Shown here in pieces: positions 26,815 to 36,150 of a DNA stretch of 41,456 nucleotides (position 1 is the stretch's first letter; every line of letters starts with the position of its first letter). The stretch spans positions 16,290 to 57,745 of the forward strand of contig NW_014039968.1 of the NCBI RefSeq assembly GCF_001186125.1, written 5' to 3'. The notes under the pieces were generated by a model, which did no database searches, was not told the DNA's origin, and saw only the letters and a list, made by a program, of their open reading frames with translations. Source of the stretch: Sphaeroforma arctica JP610 (taxonomy: Eukaryota). Made by a program: the position numbers and the translations under genes.

Positions 26815-27693
26815 TAACAGCGTCGTCATGACGTCTCCTGTAAACTCACTACCATTGTCGGTACATACTATAGCTGGCCAGCCGAAATCTGCGAAACACT
26901 TATAAATGCACTTAGCCACCGTTGGTGTTGATTTGTCTTTTAAAGGATATAATACAATATATCTTGAAGCGACATCAAAAACGTGGCAAACATACTTATC
27001 TTTCGTATGTTCAGACGTGGGTAGCTCAACCAAATCAATGATAACCCTGCGCCATGGATCGTCTTCTGATACACTCCGCAATGGGGCATATCCATAGCGC
27101 AACTTTGCAATCGTTACATTCGTGATACACCTGAGATATATATTACTTGAGCTTTGGGTGTACAATCCCGTACCTCTTGCAATCTTTCTCAGTCCTAACC
27201 TTATCCATGTGTTTGAGTGCATGATTCCGCGACATCAAAAACGTGGCAGACCTACTTATCTTTCGTGTGTTCAGACGTGGGTAGCTCAATCGAATTAATG
27301 ATAACCCTGCGCCATGGCTCGTCTTCTGATACACTCCGCAATGGGGCATATCCATAGCGCAACTTCGCAAACGTTACATTCGTGATACACCTGAGATATA
27401 TATTGCTTGAGCTTTGGGTGTACAACCCCGTACCTCTTGCAATCTTTCTCAGTCCTAACCTTATCCAAGTGTTTAAGTGCATGATTCTGTCTTAGCCACT
27501 TCAGAACGTCACCCTCCGTTGATCTTGCTATATCAAAATCTGGAGGTAAGGAATCCACTACTACTTCACCTGGACTCGAAGACTCGTCTCGTCCAATCTC
27601 GCCTGAAAGGTCGGCCGTGTGAATTCTACTAATGCTCTCTTTGTTCATTAGTTGAGTTACATGGTCGTATACATCTGGATAATCGTTCATCAA
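26815..27693 (-). pseudogene. Integrase of element 1 (HHCC plus rve core), internally duplicated and truncated before the catalytic E
   Basis: NHALKHLDK..ECNVC; PWRRVIIDLVELP; FDVASRY; FGWPAIVCTDNGSEF; similarity ends shortly after. Confidence 0.88.
26969..27487. repeat. Tandem duplication, 2 x 260 bp, inside the integrase
   Basis: GCGACATCAAAAACGTGGCA... at 26969 and 27229. Confidence 0.95.
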
Positions 27694-29582
27694 CTGTTTG
27701 AGTAGCCTGGTTTCGGCCTCGTATGCAGTTTCTCTGTCAGAACGTATCTTTTGTAAAATGCCTTCGCTAGTGATGAGTTCTTCTTTGCATCCTTTGGATC
27801 ACATTTTACCTCGGTAACGCATACTGCAGGTGCGTGTGTCGCCCCAGCCTCTCGTTGAGACTTAGGTGTCAAGAGTGGAATCTTGGATTCGTCGACCTTA
27901 CGTTTGAAGGTGACGGATGGTGTCCATTTGGTTGTACCAACTGGACCTATTCGACATATTATTGTCTGTCGCCAAGGAGTCTTCTGAACTGTACGGGTAC
28001 CCTGGTAGAGAAAAGTATCTACCTCTCTATCCACATATATGGGCTCACGTTGTATCATCGATATCAACTGTGGTAGCCATTTATCTGAATGTCTTAGGGG
28101 ACAACACAACGTGGTGGTAGCATCTTGTATATGAACATAATATAGCAACTGTGGTATCAACAACCGCGGTAGATTCGCCCATGCGTTCTCATCGGATAAA
28201 TCGATTTGAAACCCATCACCGCCTGGGTGTTCCAGAGTCCGGTATCGCGGCAGTTGCGCAATATGATGTACTGCAAACATATCGATGGTATGTGGTCCAT
28301 GTATGTTGTCTGCAATTTTAAACCACCTAGGATTGGCCTTCCAATCCGTAGCTAGTAATTCCCGAACCATCGTGTTGATATCCGGTACGAAGCATGACAG
28401 CATATCCGGGAAATGATTGTGTATACCCGGTATATGTGTAATGCTAAAAGAAAACTTTGCGATCGTATCGTGCCATTGACTGATCATTTGTGAATTTGGT
28501 TTCATATCTTTTAAATGTTGCAACGATTTCTGATCACACAGTACATTATAATGTGTACCGTGTAAGCAATCCTTAAAATGAGTGAGTGCGGTCACAATAG
28601 CTAATAGCTCTTGCTGCACAGTCGGATAATTGATTTGTGACGAGTTCATAGCTCTGCTAAAGAACTGCACGTATCTCGGTTTCCCGTCAATCATTTGATA
28701 CAGAACACCTCCCAACGCCATATCGGATGCGTCTGTAGCCACCATGAAGGGTACTCTATCTTGTGGTGGCTGGACTACTGGGGCTTGTTTAACCACTGTT
28801 TTGAGCTGCTTAAAGGCATCATCACAGTCCTTGGTCCACAATACTCCTAATTTGCCCTTGTGACATCTCAAATGTCCGAAAGGCTTCAAGTAGCTTGCCA
28901 GGTGTGGGACTCCATCTGACAGGAAGTTAACGAAACCGCACATGCTGTTCACGTCCTTGCCTGTAGTGGGGGATCTCCAGTCTAGTAAGTGTTCTACCTT
29001 TCCGGGGTCAATCATTATGCCATCCCCAGATACACGATAGCCCAACAGCTGTATCTCGTTCACTCCGAAATGACATTTCTTGCTGATGATTTTAAACCTG
29101 TGTTTGTTAAGCATGGCCAGTACCTCTTTTATAACCCTGTCATGCTCCTCTTTGGTTTTAGTAAACACGACAATGTCATCGATATATACCAGTACATTGT
29201 CCATATCCCTAAACAGGTCTTGCATGATTTGCTGAAAGAAGGCTGGTAGCATATGTAAACCAAAAGGGGCTCCTTTAAAAGAATACTGCTGGCCATCCCA
29301 AGTGAAGGTGAAATACTTCCGATGTGGTTTGTATATTTTCATTTGGTGGTAGCCTTGCTTCAGATCGATGGTTGAAAATATTTTCGCACCTTCCGTTCTT
29401 CTCAGCAATTCATTGAATCTTGGTAAATGGAAATTATGTGTGGGTAAAAGAGCGTTTATAGGACTCGTATCCAAACACACGCGATTAACGTGCCATAGGA
29501 GTTGAACTGGTCGACAGCTAAGAGTGCTAAGTTGACAGGAGTGGGCTCGTGGTTGACTGCAATTACTCCGTCTTCCAACCAT
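27690..29582 (-). CDS. pol fragment of element 1: RT + RNase H + DIRS/Dam-like N6-adenine methyltransferase in one open frame
   Basis: YIDD, TDASD and NHFPDMLS run in frame into DWKANPRWF..GPHTIDMFA..AQLPRY..DGF..AWANLPRLLIPQLL..CPLRHSDKWLPQL. Confidence 0.88.
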   Translation of the reverse strand: MVGRRSNCSQPRAHSCQLSTLSCRPVQLLWHVNRVCLDTSPINALLPTHNFHLPRFNELLRRTEGAKIFSTIDLKQGYHQMKIYKPHRKYFTFTWDGQQYSFKGAPFGLHMLPAFFQQIMQDLFRDMDNVLVYIDDIVVFTKTKEEHDRVIKEVLAMLNKHRFKIISKKCHFGVNEIQLLGYRVSGDGIMIDPGKVEHLLDWRSPTTGKDVNSMCGFVNFLSDGVPHLASYLKPFGHLRCHKGKLGVLWTKDCDDAFKQLKTVVKQAPVVQPPQDRVPFMVATDASDMALGGVLYQMIDGKPRYVQFFSRAMNSSQINYPTVQQELLAIVTALTHFKDCLHGTHYNVLCDQKSLQHLKDMKPNSQMISQWHDTIAKFSFSITHIPGIHNHFPDMLSCFVPDINTMVRELLATDWKANPRWFKIADNIHGPHTIDMFAVHHIAQLPRYRTLEHPGGDGFQIDLSDENAWANLPRLLIPQLLYYVHIQDATTTLCCPLRHSDKWLPQLISMIQREPIYVDREVDTFLYQGTRTVQKTPWRQTIICRIGPVGTTKWTPSVTFKRKVDESKIPLLTPKSQREAGATHAPAVCVTEVKCDPKDAKKNSSLAKAFYKRYVLTEKLHTRPKPGYSNS

Positions 29583-32201
29583 GCCTTGACTTGTTCTCGT
29601 ACCACCTGTTCATGACGCCACGCTACATAATTTCGCGTTGGGCATTTCAACTTCGAAAAGTCTACTTTTGTCAAATCTAAGCTCACGTATCCGTTGTTGA
29701 ATTTAAACTGAGCCGAGTCTCTTTATCTTGTCGTTCTCAAAGATAAGATCCTTCAGCTTTTCTGTTAATTGGGGTATCATTTCCTTCACAGTCTTAGAAG
29801 GCTTGTGTACAGGCTTCAGCAGATTGTCATCTGACTGATCCTTCTGTGGGTCAATGATAGTAGATTGTCATACCTAACGATAACAGGTCTCCCATCCCCA
29901 CTATTGAATCATAAGCTGGCGAAGTGTTACAGACTACTGCCCTAGTCACTGTGGTCCGTTGATCTGTTAGGGTAAACCTCAAATCTACGGTCATGTCACG
30001 ACACGTAATCTCCCTTTCGTCAGCCAATTTTAACATAGTAGGTTCTGATTTACGAGTTACATCAGTTATCTTACAAAATCTCGATGATAGACATGAAATT
30101 TGCGAGACCGGATCCAACAACGCTTTTATTTCATGCCCATTAACTCGTACATCCAGGATGACGCGCTCATCTTGCGGTGCATCCTTTTTGTTTCAGTGCC
30201 AAGATCCGGTCAGATTGTCACTTAACTTCTACTTTCGGTTGCACCTTACATATATGTTTGTGGTAACCTCCAGTCCCTTCACAGTCTTCACACTTCGCGA
30301 TAAAATGTTCACACTTTTCTGCGTGCCTGCCATTCCAGCGTCCATTCGGCTCATGTTGGGTCATGCGCCAGCTGCAATCTGTCTCGGTACAGTCCTTGGT
30401 CTCCTTATACTTAGGTTTAGGAGGATCAGCTGCCTAATTAAATCTGTTGCCCGAAGTCCCGTGAGTGTTGACATTGTTCTTTTGACCATCAGTACCTTGC
30501 ACTTGCTTGTTCTTATGGCCTCCTCTGGCACCACCTTTGTTCCCTTTGTTATTTCTCGTACCCGTATGAGAGTCTCGACCGTTACCTGGTCCTCCATTCG
30601 TGCTGGGTACCGTCTTCTTAGTAGACGGTGCGAATTTCTCCACAGAACTCGGACGTTTCGAAAACGTCTGGTCTGCTCTCGAATAAAATTCAGTCCAAGT
30701 CAAGTCGGCAAGTTTCATGATGCCGTAAGTTGGCCTTCAATTGAAATCTCACGCACTTTGTCTGGAAAAGATTGGTGCATATCTGCGTACAACACTTCTT
30801 GGTCTTTTCTATGTAGAGCCGACCAGAAAATAGTTTGTACCCATAACACACACATACTCAACTTGTCTCGCAACATTTCTTGTGTTTGAGCATGTGTTCT
30901 GTGAGTGTCCAGGACCATTATCGATACCAATAGTTCCGGTCTAGGATCGGTTGAAAATAGATGGACTATCATTTCGCTCTGCTCCTTCCACGTCTTTAGC
31001 TTTGTTATAGCAGCTTTAGCCTACTCCAACTTAGTATAATTATAAGATGACGGCTTAAAACTCTGTTGCGCAGCCTCGAACCATAGGATCTTACTTAAAT
31101 TTGCAGGGAGCATAATTTGACCAAATTCTTTCAAAGATCGCGACAATAATGCTAAGTTACTCGTATCGATAGGGTCCTAACGGTCTTTTCGATCGGGACG
31201 ATATGTAGTGGATAACTTAATATGTCCTTGACGAACTTTTTACTGTCCACTGTCTTCTCGGCGTGTATGATGCGTAGCTCCGTATCGATCTTGGATTGAA
31301 AGTGTTTCGTCATTGTCCTTCTCAAACTGGCTTGCTCTAACCTTCCTTGACCCATTGCTAGTTTAGCATTCGAGCAGTGAAATCAGTAATATTCTTGTCA
31401 CTCTCTGAAATCTCATCAAATTGCGTGTCCATCTCCTTCAGACCATGTAGTTACTGATTGTCTCCATCGTCACCGTCATCCTTTCGTGCCTTCTTGCGAG
31501 TCGTCATCGTCGTCGATGTCCTCGACTGCTTGGCCGATGGCGGCAAGTAATCTGGTCCTGACGAGTCTGGTTCTTCAATATGGGCGACGATTGATCCTCG
31601 TCTCCGCTAGAACTCTTAGATTTCTCTTTATTCCTAAAATTCAGCCGCCAATTTTCGCAGTTCGCGCAGGTAGTCATCTGTGTCCCGATCGTCTGAATCT
31701 TCTCCTCCAGAGTCCGTCCCCTGTTCTAAGTCAGATTTTAAGGCTCCTTTACCGTGTGGTATTAGGTCTCCCGGTCCCGATTCTATCTGCTTGTGCTTCG
31801 GTATCTCGTCAGCTGACTCCATCGGTGGATTTTTCTTCTCCTTGGATTTCTTTGATTTCTTGGGCTTGGTCTTGCCCGTTGTAACTTCATCAAAGGAATC
31901 CGCGGGTAAAGCGTGTGCCATCATACTTGTCACAGCTTCATCCGCTTGTGGGTCAGGTGCCAACGAGGGTTCAAAAGGCGTAACCTTCGGCTGGTTCTTT
32001 GATGCCTTCGCTTTCCCTTTACTCTTCGTCATATTCTTCCGATAGTGTATAAACTTAAAAATATGTAAAAGTCAGACTAACCAGGCTGACTATCGGTTTC
32101 AATAAGTTAACGTAAAAGAAAAGTAAGATTTCAAAGTAAATTTGCACAATGTAATTTTAAGTCTAGCTTCAGCCCTTGGTAATGAGCTAAAGATTAGGGG
32201 A

Positions 32202-32435
32202 TGTAAGACTGAGACTATTGTCTTTATGGCTCCGCTCTAATCACTCAATACTTCGGTCTAGATATATTCGGTGTCAGTAACTAAGATCAGATTATTATCT
32301 TCTATACCATGTCATGCCTCGAATTTACCTTCCAATCGCAAATAAATATAACTCTAAGTCCAACTTAAAAGAAATAAAAGAAATCAAAAACACCATGATG
32401 GTACAGTTAAATGACTGTACCTATACCCCATCACA
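32202..32435 (+). repeat. Candidate 5' LTR of element 2
   Basis: TGTAA...TCACA with two AATAAA, followed by TGGTACCTAGC (possible tRNA PBS). No matching 3' LTR found. Confidence 0.35.
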
Positions 32436-34661
32436 TGGTACCTAGCTCTCATCCCATTGAAGGCATAGACGGGCACATCTAGTTGGCTGGCTAGGGGGGA
32501 TCATTTTTATACCCCATTTCTCAGTAGGCTATCTCGCGCTAAGAGTATTTGGTAAAACAACATGTGTCATCAAGTGTCAATATCACTTGAGACTCGCCCA
32601 GTGTTGTGTCCCAATATTCTGATGGAAAACACATCAGTGTAGAAAAACCATCATATCAATATCAGCAGGGTCTCTGGCCTCGGTCGTATACAATTGTAAT
32701 TCCAAATAGCCAAATTAGATTATTTGTTTGTTTGTTTTCTGTAAATTCAATAAATCTATAATTAGATTATTTGATTATTATACAGATACAATTATCTACA
32801 ATTGCGTTTCAACCTATGCCAGGTTTCCTAATAGTAATAGCGTTTAAACGTTATTACGTTTATTATATACGTTATCATGTGCTTTTACTATAGGAACCCG
32901 CTGATTTACAAGCGTAAGAAAAGAGGATTATGACCTAATTATGGAGGTTGCTACAGCTGCAATTCTATGAAGCACCGACAGTACCAGTGTCCGGTGCTGA
33001 AGAGAAAGCGAGCGAGTGAGCGCAAGGAAGGAGGCCATGGAAAAGGGGGTAAGGGGCTAGGAAGAAGCTTGCCACAAGGTCAGCCAAGATTTCCTCCCAT
33101 GCAGAATATGGGAGTAGTATGCATTTATACCTTTACTCCTACGTCTCAATCAGGACAAGGGGGAGTGGCAATCAGAGCACCTTCAGTGGCAGCAGCCCAG
33201 CCCGTGGGAACGGGAGTAAATGGAGGTGCTGTGATTCAGCAACCCATAATGCCACAGACGTCGGTTTACACATCGGGCCCAGCGATGGCCTATGGTGACC
33301 CAGGCATGGCAGGGACAGTCCTTCCAGTAGCAACCTTAGCGACAGCTAGTGTTGATTAACAACAATTCAACTACGAGCAGTCTCATACAGCATGGGGCAA
33401 GAGAGGGGGCCTACTGATATTGGGCGGTAGTGCAGGCATGGGTGAGAGGAATCAAAATAAAGATTGATGTGGACACGGGACCTGTTCCCACATTAGTTTT
33501 TCATGATTTTGCACACCAATTGGTACTACCAATAGTGCCCTATGAGGGCATGTCACTTTCTGGAATTGGGGCGTTGGAAACATTGCGACTTACAGGGTCA
33601 TTGAGTGTAACACTGGTAATAGAAATATGGCACAAACAAGCGAGGGTGTTACTCAATGACTGACTGGTGGTACAATCACTCCCCTATGGTACTTCGATAC
33701 TAGTGGGATATAAAACACTACAGTGTTATGGACTTATTGTGAAAAGAGCATACCTTAACAGTGGTTCCTAGGATGGAGTTGGAAGCAGCAATGAGACAAC
33801 TTCTTCAGACGTCAAGGCCCATAGGAGTGGTGTATGTGCCTAGAGAAGCAGCTTTCCAGCGTATGGTGAAGGAGGTGCGTACGGCGACCGATCCAATCTA
33901 TCTGCCCAAGCTCATCGACCATACGTCATGAGCTGAAATCGAGCATCAGACAAAAGAGAACTTTGGGGCGTTGCCGGGCCATGAAATGGGAAACTTTGAG
34001 GATATATACCAATTAGCCGCGACTGTGAATACGTCTTCTCTGGCAATAGAAACCCTCATCAAATACATACAGACGGTGGCGTACAATGTATTATATCTTA
34101 AGTTCGTGGATGTGCCGCCTCTCGTCATTCAGGACATACCACAGGCAGTGCTGAAGGCCATTTATTACATGGACAAAGATCTCACAAAGGTATCAATAGT
34201 GAAGGAGAAGATGGATGCCTGGGAGGCGGCAGGAATAATTGGTCGGGTAACAGACCAAGGTTGGTGCTCGGCGACACACTCGGTTTTTAAGAAACAGGAG
34301 TGGTCCCGGTGAATGCCAACGGATGGAGAACGTGTATCAACTTAAAGTTGATCAATGACCAACTCCAAGCAACCCCATACTACATTCCAACGGAGAAGCA
34401 ATATTTAGCGAACGTCAAGGGAAAGGACTGGATTACGACGGCAGACCTTGGCCAGAGCTTTTGCCAGATCCTCGTGGCTCCAAATCCTACGAAGCACTTG
34501 ACATTGAATACTCCATGGGGCTTCAACTTTTTCATAGACATGCCTTTTGGCCTGAAGGAAGCCTCATGGAGAATGCATCAAGCGCTAGGGTTGGTGTTTG
34601 GGTTTCTGAAAGCAGTCATGTGGTACATTGATGGCCTATTGTTTGGTCACAATGACCCGAA

Positions 34662-35141
34662 GGAACATGTATGTCTACTAAAATTTGTACACGCTGGCAA
34701 AGCAAGGCGAGTACAGTTGCTGTTGAACAAATGTACGCTTGCCGCATACCGGAAGGCAGTAGTACTACTTGGGAGGTCAGTGGAATGGCGAGGCAGCACA
34801 ATTACCGATGAACGTCTGCGACATTTGTTGAATCATAGCGCTCCTACTTCACAAGATTTGGCTCGATCGTAGTATCATACCATGGCCTGGTGGAGTGATA
34901 CATTCCCAACGGAACATTGGGTATGTCTACTGAAATTTGTACACGCTTGCAAAGCAAGGCGAGTACAGTTGCTGTTCAACAAATGTACGCTTGCCGCATA
35001 ACGGAAGGCAGTAGTACTACTTGGGAGGTCGGTGGAATGGCGAGGCAGCACAATTACCGATGAACGTCTGCGAGATTTTTTGAATCATAGCGCTCCTACT
35101 TCACAAGATTTGGCTCGGTCGTAGTATCATACCATGGCCTG
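34662..35141. repeat. Tandem duplication of ~230 bp (period ~250) inside the RT of element 2
   Basis: GGAACAT..GTATGTCTACT.AAATTTGTACACGC...ACCATGGCCTG at 34662 and 34911. Confidence 0.93.
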
Positions 35142-35754
35142 TTCACCAGGGTCATGGCCTGTATAGTGGCCCTTCTTAAAAAAGGATGTAAAGTTCATCT
35201 GGACGAAATAAGACCAGAGGGTATTCGAGGAATGTGCATACTTGCTTCGGCACTGTGCCACTCTGGTGGAGCCTCTTATGTCCGAGCAGTTGTGTGTGTT
35301 TTCGGATGCATGTAACTTTGTTGGTGTTGGTGGAGTATGCATGGTGATGACGAGATGGGCAATATCTCCCAGTCTCATTTGCGGGATCTAAATTCGATTC
35401 CGCCCAGATTCCTTACCACGTTCTGGACATAGATCTGCTTGGCACAGTCTTTGTGGTACAGAAGAATGTCGCTGTCATCAGAAGAGCCATTCCAGCAACA
35501 TTCTTGTATACCGACCATCAACCACTTATAGCTATCTGTGCGCGAGAACTACATGCGTTCTCCAACACAGTAAGGGAACGTCGACAGCAACGATGCCATG
35601 GCATACTGCGTGATTTTGACATCCAGGTGGTCTATGTTAAAGGCAGAGAATCCAGTGGCAGATGTCATGTCACGGCTGTGTACAGGCATTGATCCGATTA
35701 TGCGGGTCAAAAGGGGGCGTACAGAGCTCAGGGTCACTTTTGCAGCCTAAGTAC

Positions 35755-36150
35755 ACAGGCTGTCTGCATCCTGGTTTCGGGTGCTAGAGAAGCGGTATGA
35801 CCTCCATACCATAGATGTCTTCGCTCTACCGGGCAACCAGCAGCTTAGTGCCTATTGTTCACCAACACTGGAAGGAGGAGTGTTCGTCGGTTTTGGGGGC
35901 GACACCACAGTCAACTGGTACATGAACCCCCGTTCTCGTTGCTCCCGGAAGTCCTTAGTAAGGTGCAACGTGACCGGGCCTGTGTGACAATAGTGGTGCC
36001 GTACTGGCCAACAGCTGGGTGGTTCCCTTTGTTTGTGTCCCGATTAGCGGACGTGCCGGTGTACATACCGGCCACGGCGAGCACCTACTTGTGTCATGGT
36101 CATATGGTACAACAAGCGCCCCGATTTGCATTGGTAGGGGCGAGGTTAGG
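35755..36150 (+). pseudogene. DIRS/Dam-like N6-adenine DNA methyltransferase domain of element 2
   Basis: RLSASWFRVLEKRYDLHTIDVFALPGNQQLSAYCS...WYMN/PPFSLLPEVLSKVQRDRACVTIVVPYWPTAGWFPLF. NPPF is split by one missing C in the run at 35927-35931. Confidence 0.88.

Larger units (their letters stand above)
26776..32201 (-). mobile_element. Ty3/Gypsy-type LTR retrotransposon, element 1 (gag-PR-RT-RH-N6A MTase-IN), decayed and 3'-truncated
   Basis: gag ATG 32032; Cys/His knuckles ~30390-30245; protease IKALLDPVSQIS ~30120; RT IDLKQGYHQ/APFGL/YIDD; RNase H TDAS..ELLAIV..CDQKSL; MTase ~28346-27950; integrase H-x3-H...CNVC, IDLV, TDNGSEF. Several stops and frameshifts. Confidence 0.93.

Noticed and set aside
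29993..30889. 298-aa plus-strand ORF (also 31486-32045 +)
   Set aside because: Antisense shadow of element 1 gag/protease; no motifs.
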